Shown piece after piece: positions 41,369-52,831 of a DNA stretch of 64,000 nucleotides. The notes under the pieces are model-generated. The model was not told the origin of the DNA and ran no database searches. It was given only the letters and a program-made list of their open reading frames with translations. Within the stretch, counting starts at the first letter, position 1; every line of letters begins with the position of its first letter. A program made the translations under genes and the position numbers. Origin of the DNA: Lytechinus pictus (lineage: Eukaryota); NCBI RefSeq assembly GCF_037042905.1, contig NC_087246.1, forward strand, positions 9,920,001 through 9,984,000, read 5' to 3'.

Positions 41369-42508
41369 ATGGAGACAACACCAGGACTCAATTACAGCCT
41401 CCTGATGGACAACATCGCTGAAAATGGCACACAGAAAGTTATTTCAGTATATGAGCTGTATGGATACTTCAACGTTATTATTGTGGCAACACTATTTTCT
41501 GTGATTGCTTTTGTAGGACTTACAGGAAATACCATGGTCTTCATAGCTGTTGGATTATCTCGCAAACTACATAACATCACCAATGCTTTCATCGTTAACC
41601 TTGGTATCTGTGATTTTATATCTTGTGCTATCCTGCCCTTCCATGCTGTTGCTGTGATATCAGAGGATGGATGGCCTCTTGCAGATTGGTTCTGTTCATT
41701 TATTGCATCTTTGTCTATCATCACTCAAACGGCTGGTATCTTGAACCTCACCCTGATAAGTCTTAATAGATACATCTTGATCACCAAGCCTCGGCAGTTC
41801 TACATGAAGGTGTATACCCATCACAAGGTTGCCTGGATGATTGTCTTTACATGGCTCTTCCCATTCTTCTTTCTACTTGTGCCACAGTTCTTTCTTGGTG
41901 GATTGGGTTACCAAGACCTGTTCCGGATCTGCATCTGGGACTCGCGCCACAAGTTTGCTCTCATATTCCAGGGAATTGGCGCCCTTGCTTTCATCGTCTC
42001 CACTATTCTAATCATTTTCTCCTATGTCTCCATCTTCCTCTTTGTCCGACGACACATGCGCATGATGGCCAACAAAGAAGATGGCTGCGAAGGATCAGTA
42101 GAAATTGTTGAAGAGGAGAGCGCTCTTAATGATAACACAGTTGTCAAAACAATCAAATCACAAAGAACAAACAAGAAGAAAACAATCAGTAAGAAACAAA
42201 TTGATATCACGAAGAACCTCTGTGTAGTAGTTGTGGCTTTCTTCATCTGTATCTTGCCTTACACCATCCACCTTCCCACAGGAATCTACGATATGAGAGG
42301 CACATACTTTGCACTGTTATTCATGGCCAATGCTTGCATAAATCCTATTCTTTATGCAGTGAAGCATCCACATTTCAAGATTATCTTCAGCTGCATGTTC
42401 AGATGCAATTATTCAGATATTCCCATGCCCACAATGGGACTGAAGAAACTTATGAGAACTGCAAATTCAGCATCAGCATACAGCAGCACTGATGGTAGAT
42501 TTGCCTGA
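41369..42508 (+). CDS. Class A GPCR, NRY type, tandem paralogue 1 (GPCR-B), 379 aa
   Basis: Motifs GLTGN, NLGICD, WPLADWFC, SLNRY, ICIW, FFICILPY, INPILY and KHPHF. Coding region is intronless. Acceptor tttgtctcattctacAG at 41309-41310. Confidence 0.95.
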   Translation: METTPGLNYSLLMDNIAENGTQKVISVYELYGYFNVIIVATLFSVIAFVGLTGNTMVFIAVGLSRKLHNITNAFIVNLGICDFISCAILPFHAVAVISEDGWPLADWFCSFIASLSIITQTAGILNLTLISLNRYILITKPRQFYMKVYTHHKVAWMIVFTWLFPFFFLLVPQFFLGGLGYQDLFRICIWDSRHKFALIFQGIGALAFIVSTILIIFSYVSIFLFVRRHMRMMANKEDGCEGSVEIVEEESALNDNTVVKTIKSQRTNKKKTISKKQIDITKNLCVVVVAFFICILPYTIHLPTGIYDMRGTYFALLFMANACINPILYAVKHPHFKIIFSCMFRCNYSDIPMPTMGLKKLMRTANSASAYSSTDGRFA

Positions 42509-42978
42509 GTAGCAGATGTGATGTGACAAATTCCCTAGCTTCTTGCATCATGATGTAACTAAAATAAATAAGTTTCATGTCTTAAGTCTATGGATATGAA
42601 ATGATATTGAAACTACTGATCTATTAATGGGTTTATACCAACTGTCTAATATTCTGGAGATGAATCAAGTGACATTACTTGTGAGTTTGTAATAGCAAGT
42701 GGTCAGACTAAGTCAGTCATCTGCAGATTAGTCAGATATGAGTGGTAGATGTGATGTGACAAATCCCCTAGCTTCTTGCATCTTGATGTAACTAATTTGA
42801 AAATAAGTTTCATGTCTAAAGTCTATGGACATGAAACGATAATGGAACTATTGGCAATTTAATGGTTTTCTAAAACCAACTACCTAATATTCTGCAGATA
42901 TATCCTGTGACATCGCTTGTCAGTGACTTGGTCATAGTAAATGGTCAGACTAACTCAGTCATCTACAGATTAGTCAGT
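42506..42978 (+). repeat. Two-copy about 233-bp tandem duplication at the start of the GPCR-B 3' UTR
   Basis: agatgtgatgtgacaaat.ccctagcttcttgcatc...gtcagactaa.tcagtcatct.cagattagtcag occurs at 42506-42738 and 42739-42978. Confidence 0.9.
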
Positions 42979-43301
42979 CTACATAAGCAGTCATTTTGTG
43001 AGTCAGTAAGCAGCTAATAGTCGGACTGTAATATTGAGTTTTTGAAAGTGCTCTTGGTATCAATTAGAAAATCAGGTTTGCAAGATCTGTACCTTGCATC
43101 TTTTTGCATATGTGGCCTTTTGATAGTGTATATAATGCATGCAGTTTGATATTAAGGAAATGAAAAAGAGAAGGCATTATTTCTGTGTTTTCTTGAATTT
43201 GCTTTGCTTTGATAAAAAGCATTTGCTTTTCTGAGATGACATGTATACATGTATTTCCTTTGTTATAATTTACAATTTCATTTGGATAATCAATGTCATA
43301 T

Positions 43302-43936
43302 GTGACCCAGCACCATAAAACCAACAAAAAGTCGCACTGTGTGGTTTCCAATTGGAGCCAATTAAGAGTAGTTTGGTCTGAATGTTCTAATATCAGATTT
43401 TGGTGTTTTCTGAAAGAGTATACTCTCCCCTATTTACTGTAAAAATTTGGGTGTACCAATCAAACCTTAATTTTTAGTGTTTTCACTATACCTATTTTTA
43501 TCTTTTTTTTGCTAAATTTAATCATGTTTTGTTTTCAAGAAAACCAGAATATTCATCTCTCTTTAAACTTCTATAAATTTAAAACAGGATAAGTTCTAAT
43601 ATAAATTCAAACTAATGGACAGGATGCACCTAATTAGTGTGTGAACTTTGGGGGCAATCTGATAATTCCTTCTATTGATCTTCCTTTTATCTACAATACA
43701 CAATACTAGTAGCGGAAGAGTAAGTGTTCTTCAATAGACTAGTTTTTAATCCCCCTTTTCTGAAAAGGAGTGTTCCATGGTAGTGAACATTCTCCTCTTA
43801 CTTGAGGGGGTTATGATCAATCTTTGTCAATGAGTTATTTATCATTATAAAGCTTAAAATCTCCTCTTTCAGAAGGGCTATTAAACTAGAATTTCATTCC
43901 TTGTGATTTTTTGTGAGTTTTGTGGTGCCTGGTCAC
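43302..43936. mobile_element. MITE with ATAT TSD (Sola1-like)
   Basis: TIR GTGACCCAGCACCATAAAAC / GTTTTGTGGTGCCTGGTCAC, with ATAT on both flanks. Confidence 0.8.
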
Positions 43937-44267
43937 ATATATTTACCAAGTCTTGTTCACAAACATTGTCTTAGATACATATTATTTTTTTAAACTCTCA
44001 GGAATCAAGTATTAATGACACATCTAAAATCAAATATCACATTTTCCTATTCAAATGAAATGAACTTTTACCCAGCATTATGGACATTTTTTGTAAATAT
44101 CAATAAAATGAAAGTTATTGCAGATAATAGAATAAAGAATATAAATACAGTGAAAATATTTGCTTGTGGTAAAGTATTCTTATATCTTACTGTTCAATTT
44201 AAATAGGTTTGCTAAAGTACCTGAAGATTTGTACATTAATTGCCTACAATGTGCAAAAATTTACATA

Positions 44268-44549
44268 CACTGTTAAAAAAACTGTGATTTTACAGAAAAA
44301 AAATAAGATTTTGCAGAAAGCAATAACAAAATCATTCTGTAAATTCATAAAACAGGAATTTTTCTGCAATTTAACAGAACAGGTCTGTTTAAAAAGGGGA
44401 AAAGGCTGTTTTATTCAAGGAAATTTGTAAGATTCCATACACCAAATACCAATTTCCTGTAAGATTACGCAATCTGGTAAGATTACAGGTGTTCTAGAGA
44501 CTCAGCTGCAGAAACTTCTTTTATTTTAAGGATAAATTTTCTAACAGTG
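44268..44549. mobile_element. CACTG-terminal MITE (EnSpm-like, TA TSD)
   Basis: CACTGTTAAAAAA / TTTTCTAACAGTG with TA flanks and internal tttacag/ctgtaaa repeats. Confidence 0.8.
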
Positions 44550-46138
44550 TAGTATATACCATTTTAGATAAAAAGCCCCTCCATTTTTGTGGATAATTGA
44601 GTAAATAGAACCATATTTTACTCATTTTCATTGCATTGACAAACTTCATATTAGTTACTTAATATGCATTACGAAAATACACCGTTTGGGGTTTCACCGC
44701 TGTTGGGGTCGCCAACTGCGGTAATAGACCCCATTTTTCGTTTGAAACTCTCATTTCTCATTTGAACATTTCCAAGCCCCGATAAACCCATCTTGGCCAG
44801 GTAATCCCCGTTGTCTCAATTTCACCTCCACTGGCCAGTAAAGCCAAGGACGAAATGATAAACAACAGCTGTGCTATTACGTAAGACTTCTCTGCCTGAA
44901 GAAGGAACTTCGGAATTAAATTATTGTCTTCGATATTTAATCACGTTTTCAAAGGCATATTGTATTCAGACATCCAATATTAGTCCTTTTTCAATTTCGA
45001 ACGAAGAAAATCGACCTCGAAATAAGGAAAATAAGCGAATAAAAATTAGGTTATGCTTTGCATGCAGGGACTGCCCTTAAAGCGCTGCGCACACGATGCA
45101 TTCACCGCGTGTATACACGGAACTCCATAGCAGGCTCTTAGACACGTTGCAATCCATCGTGTGTGACCCCCTGCTGTGCTGGGCTGTCGCGTTATCTTCA
45201 GACCGAGGTCAAGAAACGGGTGGGACAGAGGTGGAGGATGTTGTTGTAAATGCTGGTGGTAGTTAGGTGATACTTTACAATCCCTAAAAGATCAGCTATG
45301 GCAAAAGTAATATTACATTTCCTGTTACATCCTTTATTATTGAAATTCAATTGTATACATAATCCCTTTGTCACTTCATGCCTCAAGATCAAGTTTCTAC
45401 GTAAAAAATCTGATGGTATAAAAGTGGTTGCGCCTCTGCAAGTCAGCAGATGGAAGTCGCAGGATGGGTGAAACATGCAATTGATCAGCAAGTTCCTCCT
45501 ATCCTAGTCTTTATGACACAGTCTTAATCCAGAATCATTCAATGTAGTCAATTTTTGTTCCATCGCAACTAAACAGTATACTCTTCAAGTTACATGTAAA
45601 CTGAAGCAACACTAAGGTTTCAAGACAACATATCTTTAGAAGACAAACAGGTAAGCCATCTTTTGCATTCCTTGGTATTAATTTGATGAATATTCTGTAT
45701 CATATTTCGGACAATGCAGAGGCTTGTTCATTTCAGTACTTACAGGCAGCAAGGCAGCCAAGAGCACTGCAATCATTGACATATTGTGTGTAATGTCTCT
45801 GTGCCTTGATCAAAGGAACAAGGTAGGAACATTCTAAATAAAGAATCGTCTTCGGCATGTGGACCTATTTTCAAAGGGTTAGGGGCCTACATTGCTCTAG
45901 TTTAAAGAAACAGGGCACTCTAAAATGTCAAAGGAGATGGATGAAGGAGCTTATATCTGAATATCCTTGGCTTATCTCAAAATACTTAGATATTCTGACC
46001 CAAGGTGCTCTCATATCCACTGATCTAAGAATTATTATATTCTATTTTGAATTCTACCCAGATTAGGGAAATAATAATCTAAATGCTACTTTTTATCTTA
46101 TCTACAGTTACAACGGAAACTGAATAATATAGGCAGAT

Positions 46139-47278
46139 ATGGAGATAACACCAGGACTAGAATCCTATGAACTGATGGAAAACATGTCTGAAAATGGAAC
46201 GCAGCGGGTCCTTTCAATTTATGAGGAATACGGATACTTCAATGTTATTATTGTTTCAACACTATTTTCAGTGATTGCCATTGTAGGACTTACAGGAAAC
46301 GCCATGATCTTTGTTGCTGTGGGGTTATCTTGCAAACTCCATAACATAACCAATGCTTTTATTGTCAACCTGAGCATTTGTGACTTTTTAACATGTGTTC
46401 TCCTGCCCTTCCAAGCGGCTGCTGTGATATCAGAGGATGGATGGCCTCTTGCAGATTGGTTCTGTTATGTCATAGCATCTCTTACCATCATCTTCCCCAC
46501 TGCTAGCATATTGAACCTGACTTTGATAAGTCTCAATAGATACATATTGATTACCAAGCCTCGCAAGCTCTACATGAAGGTGTATACCCATCACAAGGTT
46601 GCCTGGATGATTGCCTTGACATGGCTCTTTCCATTCTTCTTCCTTCTCATGCCTCAATTCTTTCTGGGTGGAATGGGTTACCGCCAAAAGTTCAGGGTCT
46701 GCATCTGGAACTCTGAGCACAAACTTGCTCAGATATTTCAGGGGATTGGTGCCCTTGCATTTATCCTTTCTACTGTCATCATTATCTTCTCCTACGTATC
46801 CATCTTCTGCTTCGTCCGACGACATATGCGCATGATGGCCAACAAAGAAGAGAGCAATGACATAACAACATCAGTAAACACCATTGAGAGTACTCTTAAT
46901 AATAAAGAAGGGAATAGAATCAAATCATATAGATCAGCTATAAAGAAGAAAACAATTAGTAACAAACAAATTGAGATCACTAAGAACCTCTGTGTAGTAG
47001 TTGTCACATTCTTCATCTGCACCTTGCCTTACTCAATTCACCTTCCAACAAAAATATATGATATGCGGGGTACCTACTTGGGAATCTTACTGAACTCCCA
47101 TGCTTGCATAAATCCCATTATTTATGCAGCGAAGCATCCACATTTCAAGATCATCTTCCATTGCATGTTTCGATGCAAATACTCCGATATTCCAGCACCT
47201 TCAGTGGGACTGAGGAAAACTTTGAATGTTACATCATTGGCAACAGTTAACAGCAGCACTGATGGAAGATTTGCCTGA
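46139..47278 (+). CDS. Class A GPCR, NRY type, tandem paralogue 2 (GPCR-C), 379 aa
   Basis: Colinear with GPCR-B, same length and same terminal SSTDGRFA. Motifs NLSICD, SLNRY, CTLPY, NPIIY. Acceptor AG at 46106-46107, with an in-frame stop between acceptor and ATG. Confidence 0.95.
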   Translation: MEITPGLESYELMENMSENGTQRVLSIYEEYGYFNVIIVSTLFSVIAIVGLTGNAMIFVAVGLSCKLHNITNAFIVNLSICDFLTCVLLPFQAAAVISEDGWPLADWFCYVIASLTIIFPTASILNLTLISLNRYILITKPRKLYMKVYTHHKVAWMIALTWLFPFFFLLMPQFFLGGMGYRQKFRVCIWNSEHKLAQIFQGIGALAFILSTVIIIFSYVSIFCFVRRHMRMMANKEESNDITTSVNTIESTLNNKEGNRIKSYRSAIKKKTISNKQIEITKNLCVVVVTFFICTLPYSIHLPTKIYDMRGTYLGILLNSHACINPIIYAAKHPHFKIIFHCMFRCKYSDIPAPSVGLRKTLNVTSLATVNSSTDGRFA

Positions 47279-47695
47279 GATAGCAATAGGAAAAACCTGA
47301 TATAACTGTTTGAAGGGGCTTACAGTTGCCTCACTGAGCACAGTCATGAACTATACACCTATATCTATTGATCTTCTACCAAATACCAAATTATAAAGTA
47401 TTTAAAACCTTCAAAAACTAGCTGGTACTACCAAGTAATAAGAATGACAAAGAAGTCAGTAGTCAATATTTACAAGACTTCTGAATAGCAATCAATGTAC
47501 AACAGACATTCATCATTCAATAGTCAACCACACATTGCCTGATCAAAGACCTAATGTAAACTAGCAACATGCTATCACAGCCTTATAATATATACATATG
47601 TATAATCTGGATCCACCAAGTGAATTATGGATTTTCTATCTACACTTATTCAAAGTACAACTGCCCCTGACTAATAGATAGCTCTAATATAGACA

Positions 47696-48090
47696 TTAGA
47701 GAAACTGGTTACAAAACAAAATAGAATAGTTCGAATCGTAGCTGGAGCAAGCCCAAGATCAAAAGTTGTTACACTATACTCAGAGCTTAAGCTGCTAAAT
47801 AAAAAAAAATATTATTACCTTCTAGCAATGTATTTTATTTATCAGTGTATTAACCAGCTTATGCCTGTTTATTTTTCTCAGTTGTTTGATACAAACCAGA
47901 ATTTAAAAAATACAATACATGCTCCTCTTCATTAATAAATTTGCCAAGACACAGGACGTGTTCTTATCAACATAGTATTTGTTTTATAGGTTCGAAAATG
48001 TAGTACAATTTATCTAAAGACATCAGAAATGCACCATCTTTGAATTACTTTAAGACAAAGCTTAAGGAAAAACTTATGTCCAGTCCCTAA
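47696..48090 (+). pseudogene. CR1/L2-type LINE reverse-transcriptase C-terminal relic
   Basis: Translates LEKLVTKQNRIVRIVAGASPRSKVVTLYSELKLL ... LPRHRTCSYQHSICFIGSKM*YNLSKDIRNAPSLNYFKTKLKEKL, a typical ORF2 end. Confidence 0.8.
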
Positions 48091-48614
48091 ATTGAGTGAT
48101 TTAGTTAGTTTTACATGTAGTTGTGTGACAATTTATTTACTGTTTCATTGATAAATATGTATAAAGTTGCCACGTTTCTTATAATTTGATTCCAGTGATG
48201 CAAAAATCCTGTGGAAATTCCTGCTAAATATCTTTAAACATTGAGAAGAACTAATAAACTTGCAGCGAATTTCAGCATGGACTTTCTTTCACACTTGCAA
48301 AGTACCTGTTATATTTCTGATCTTGGCAAAATGTTCTGTGATAAAAAAGGTTTGCACTTAAAGATAGTTGAGTAGATTAAATGATGGAAGTGCAATACTT
48401 ACTCATTTAACAAAGAACTTTACAAATAAACCTTCTACATTGTGTCTGTAAAAAAAATCTACCTGTTCAAAAGTGAAAAAATTTGTCAAAACCCTCTGAC
48501 ATTATTAAGGTCCTATTTAGCCCTCACTGACATTCCATTGTCTATCTTGTATAAAGTCTAGTCTCAATCTTTTCAGAGGGTATGTTTAGTTGGTGCCCAT
48601 ATTAAAAAAAAAAA

Positions 48615-48920
48615 TAGGAGAGAAGTAATTGCTAGAGGGTATTCATTTGTCTCGCAATCTACTATGGTCAACAAGGAAATTCGTGATCACTCTCGCAAAA
48701 AGTGTTCACTAGCTTTCTAGGAAATTCGTGATCACTCTCGCAAAAAGTGTTCACTAGCTTACAAGTTCACGAGCTTTCGAGTGCCGCTGCAACTCTTTAT
48801 CAAGTGACGAAAATTATCTGATACGGTAGTCAATTTATACCAATCCCCAGGACCGTACGCACGAACGCGGGAACAATAGGTGGGCACTGATCCGTTATGT
48901 GATTGGTAGGAGAGAAGTAG
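48615..48920 (-). mobile_element. Penelope-like element (pseudo-LTR) fragment
   Basis: Contains a minimal hammerhead motif, a 42-bp exact direct repeat (48674-48715, 48719-48760) and a 13-bp direct repeat taggagagaagta (48615, 48907). Confidence 0.6.
48767..48807 (-). ncRNA. Minimal type I hammerhead ribozyme, U3-A8 variant
   Basis: Minus strand reads UCAC-UUGAUAA-A-GAGU-ugcagcggc-ACUC-GAAA-GCUC-GUGA: stem I UCAC/GUGA, stem II GAGU/ACUC, palindromic AGCU stem III, cleavage triplet CUC. Confidence 0.7.
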
Positions 48921-49899
48921 TCGAAGCAGCTAAGTAGCATTTATTATTCGAGAGTGTATTATCAATTCATAATTGAAGTTTATGCTCTCTAAATGCAAGA
49001 GCTAATCTGGTCCGTAATCACACTCCTCTCAGGGTAAGACAAGGGACAAGTCGTTTTGGAGTGGGATTTGCATCTTTCGAGAAAGCATTAAAGATTCTTC
49101 TGGAGTGCACTATGCATATTTTTAGATATTTTCACTCCAGAAGAAGCTGTAATCCACTCTCAAAAGATAAAAAACACTCCAAAATGACTGGTCCCTTGTC
49201 TCACTCTGAGAGGATTGTGATTCAAAAAGAAATTAGCTCTTTTGCATTTAGAGTGTAGTTTAAATATAATATTCAGGACATGAAACCTGTAATTCAAAAC
49301 AAAATAGTACATATAAAATGTCTTTTGGTGATTGGTACTTTATGAGCAATCGTATTTATCTGATATTTTGTCAGTAATCACAATTTGAAGTTAAGTCATG
49401 CTATTACTTGTTTGAGAATTTACAAATATATTCCTTCCTTAATATGAACAATTTTTGTGTACTTTGTTAAATTTCATTGTTTTGATTTTAATAAGAGTGT
49501 ACACAGGGGTGAGGAGTTGAATGGATGAACAAAGATTAATAGAACTGGTGAGTGCATGACAGAAAAGTAATTAACTTGAGTGGAAGCTGTTTGGTGCAGG
49601 GGGTGCAACAAATTGAATTTACCTTTCTCAATGCTAACATAGACCCCTGTTACATCTAGAAAATTGGTGGCCTGGGGCTTGCCTCGGGTAGAAAAGAAAT
49701 CAGATGTAAACATCCCAAACCAACCTCTGGCCATCTTTAAGCAAACCTACCTAAGACCACCTCAAGAGGTAGTCTCAAGCAGGCCCCGGTCCACCGATTC
49801 GTAGATGTAAATGCAAACCTACCTCAAACCTGTCTCGGTCTGTTCACTAGCTGTCGCAAATTACATCAGAGTGCGCAAATTTCCAAATAAAGGAGGAAG

Positions 49900-50062
49900 G
49901 AAAAGTGTGAGGAGCTAGAAGAATAACAAGGGAAGATAAAGAAGATGCAGAAGGAGGAGGAGAAGAAGAAAAATGAGGAGAAGAAGAAGGAGAGGAAGAA
50001 GTAAAAGAAGGAGAAGGAGAGGATGAAGAGGAAGAAGGGGGGAAGAAGAAGAAAAAAAAAAA
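49900..50062. repeat. (GAA/GGA)n microsatellite
   Basis: Visible directly. A similar tract at 50895-50945 flanks the other side of the adjacent element. Confidence 0.85.
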
Positions 50063-50886
50063 GTCATAAGCGATTTTGTGTCTCGCCCACTTATGAAAAT
50101 AGCCAGAAATATTGTGATTTGCGAGGGCATGCAACAGAATTGTATCGAAACTGTGAAATGACTGGGATGGAATAACACTTGTCATAAGAGACTCTTGCAT
50201 GTAAACTTTAACGTTGATCTGAAAATGACCTTTGACCTTACCATGTGACCTCCGACTGCAGCATGACATGCAGGTCTCCTAACTACACCTTACAACCCAA
50301 GCTTTGTCCAAAAGTGACTTAAGGTTGCAGAGTTATGTGTCATAAGAAAGTCTTGCACGTAAATTTTAATGTTGACCTGAAAATTCCCTTTGACCTTACC
50401 ATGTGACCTGCGACTGCAGCATGTCATGCAGGTCTCCTAACTACATCTACAATCCAAGTTTGGGTGAAAAGTGACTTGCGGTTGCGGAGTTAGAAGTCAT
50501 AAGAGAGACTTGCATGAAAACTTTACCGTTGACCTGAAAATGACCTTTGACCTTACCGTGTGACCTCCAACTATAGCATAACATGCAGGTCCCCTAAGTA
50601 CATCTACCATCCAAGTTTGGTTGATAAGTGATTTACGGTTGCGGAGTTTAATAGGTGTCATAGGAGAGTCTTGCATGTAGACTTTAACGTTGACCTGAAA
50701 ATTACCTTTGACCTTACCACATGACCTCCAACTGCAGCTTAACATGCAGGTCCCCCAAGTCCATCTACCATCCAAGTTTGGTCGAAAAGTGACTTACGGT
50801 TTTGGAGTTATGTGTCATAAGGTTTGTGACGGACGGACGACATTTGGATCCCTAAGTCTCGCCTTCACCTCTGGTGGAGACAAAAA
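50063..50886 (+). mobile_element. Helentron/pearl-like element, second family, with four ~158-bp core repeats
   Basis: Subterminal gtctcgcc; tandem units (gacctgaaaatgacctttgaccttaccatgtgacctc...ccaagtttgg...aagtgactt); (GACG)n microsatellite; 3' hairpin gtctcgccttcacctctggtggagac plus A-run. Confidence 0.82.
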
Positions 50887-51012
50887 TGAAAAATGAAAAG
50901 AGGAAGAAGGAAAAGAAGAGGAGGAGGAAGAAGAAGAAGAGAAGTAAGTATTCTGTCCATTGCACTCATAAACATTCATTATTTGTATACCATTGAATAT
51001 GCAACTATTTAA

Positions 51013-51400
51013 AGGTAAAATAAAGTAATTGCAGCAAACAATATTATTATTTCATGAGAGAGCTTTTAAAATCAAGGTTACAATCACCATCTTAGATCTA
51101 GATCTGGAACACTGAAATCAACTCACCTATGTGGAATCATGAAATCTTAGCTGAAAAACAATAATTCTGATAACTACCACAAAAAGGTATATTTTGGACA
51201 GTGTATTAATATTACTTGAAAATTACCCAACATTTTACGGAATTCCGTGCTTATTTTGCTCATTCCTCAGCAATTACACATTTTGTTCCAAAGACAATTG
51301 GCACATATTTTTCATTTATACATACCAACACTTGGGTGGTCATTTTATTCGATTCTGTTTGAACTCATTTTGAGATCGATACCACAACTGGTATTTATCT
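51013..51400. mobile_element. TTAA Kolobok-like MITE (older)
   Basis: ttaa|AGGTAAAATAAAGT ... ACTGGTATTTATCT|ttaa, imperfect TIR. Confidence 0.65.
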
Positions 51401-51439
51401 TTAAATCGGCACTTTCTATATTACTTAGGTGAGAAGAAA

Positions 51440-51868
51440 ATCATGAAAATATGAACACAAGGAAATATCATTTGTCAAATAACTGGGAATATGTTAAATC
51501 AGAAAGTTGGGGACACTAGCTGTTTATTAGTAAATTCAGCACTTACAATTCTATGACAATCAGTAATCTGTAGGATTTCTGACCAACAGCACACATATGA
51601 AGATTTCAAATATCAATTGCAGAAATAAGGTGAGACCGTCAACGAAAACTTAATTTGAAAAAAAAAATATGTAACTAGTTTTACAGACATCAATGAATGA
51701 ACAATAGGAAGCTGATGAATCAGAGTTTGAATTAATTCAGAAAATGAATTGCAAAAAAAAATTAACGGAGGATAATCACAACACATTTTTTTGGTCTCAC
51801 TTTACAGGTTGACCAGCCATACATACACTGAGCATAGCGCAGGCCTTGAGCTTGGCAAGAGTCAAACC
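51440..51868 (+). promoter_or_regulatory. Putative distal promoter / non-coding exon / intron module of GPCR-D
   Basis: Diverged copy of 52468-52835. Donor aag|GTGAGA at 51630, acceptor tttacAG at 51806-51807, further donor GTAAGT at 51869. Confidence 0.5.
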
Positions 51869-52467
51869 GTAAGTAGCCCGACACAGTGACGTCATAGAAT
51901 CATGATTCAAATCACGATTGCATTTATACGACCTTTTTCATTAGTGATTCTACAGAAACGTCTTTCCAAACGCCCCTTTTTCCATGTTTCATCTTTGTGA
52001 TTTTCACCTTTGACTAAACCCAATCGTGATTCTGCAGAATCATTATTTGAATCATGATTTTAGGGTAAAAAAGTGGCGTATAAAAGCACCCTTAAACCAA
52101 GGTTTTAAAAAATTATATGTCAAGCAGAAGAGCATTTCATCAACATTTTGACAAGTTGTTAGGTCTGAGCATTTTCCTTGATTTTTTATCGGCTAAGAAG
52201 CTTTGTTCCTATGGCAACTTTCAGATAAAAAGTCAAAGAAGTCGTTCCATGAAATGGTCCCCAATTCTTCCATTATTAAAATATCTAAAACAAGACAGAT
52301 AGATGACCCCAAAACATAATGCCTTAAAAAAAGACAAATGTTGACCGGAAGCTTAAAATTAAACAAATTCTGTAAAGTGACATTGATTTCATAATAAAAC
52401 AACCACCTTTGTATGTAGACCAATGCTACACAACTCAAAATTAAAAGCAAGCTTAACGATAATGAAA

Positions 52468-52831
52468 CCATGAAAATACAAGGAAATAATTATTTTTCTA
52501 ACAAATCCTGTGGGATTATGTTACGGCAGGAAGTCAAGGTTTTTGTTTATCAGAAAAGTCAGTATATGTAGGATGTTCATGTGAATATTCTTACCAGTAA
52601 TCTGTAGCAACCCTTACAAGCAGCATGCAGATTCAACTTCAATAAAGCACTTGCGGAAACAAGGTGAGACCTACAATTTCATTTTTTTAAATTGTACCTT
52701 CAAAAAAGAACTGTGCAATGATATCAGTTACAAGAGGCTGGTCATAAGTTAACTTAAGAATCTTAAGGAAAAGAATAAGGAAAATGGAAATTAAAAAAAC
52801 ACTAAAAACATTTGTTTGTCTCAATATGCAG
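52468..52831 (+). promoter_or_regulatory. Putative proximal promoter, non-coding first exon and 168-nt 5' UTR intron of GPCR-D
   Basis: Donor aag|GTGAGA at 52664 and acceptor at 52830-52831, 58 nt before the ATG. Confidence 0.55.

Noticed and set aside
44890-44920. CTGAAGA hammerhead-like core (also at 862)
   Set aside because: No correctly placed stem II plus GAAA and no stems I/III.
48674-48760. CRISPR-like direct repeats (also 30518-30760, 17.4-18.2 kb and 50.2-50.8 kb)
   Set aside because: These are head-to-tail tandem repeats without unique spacers, there are no cas genes, and the context is eukaryotic.
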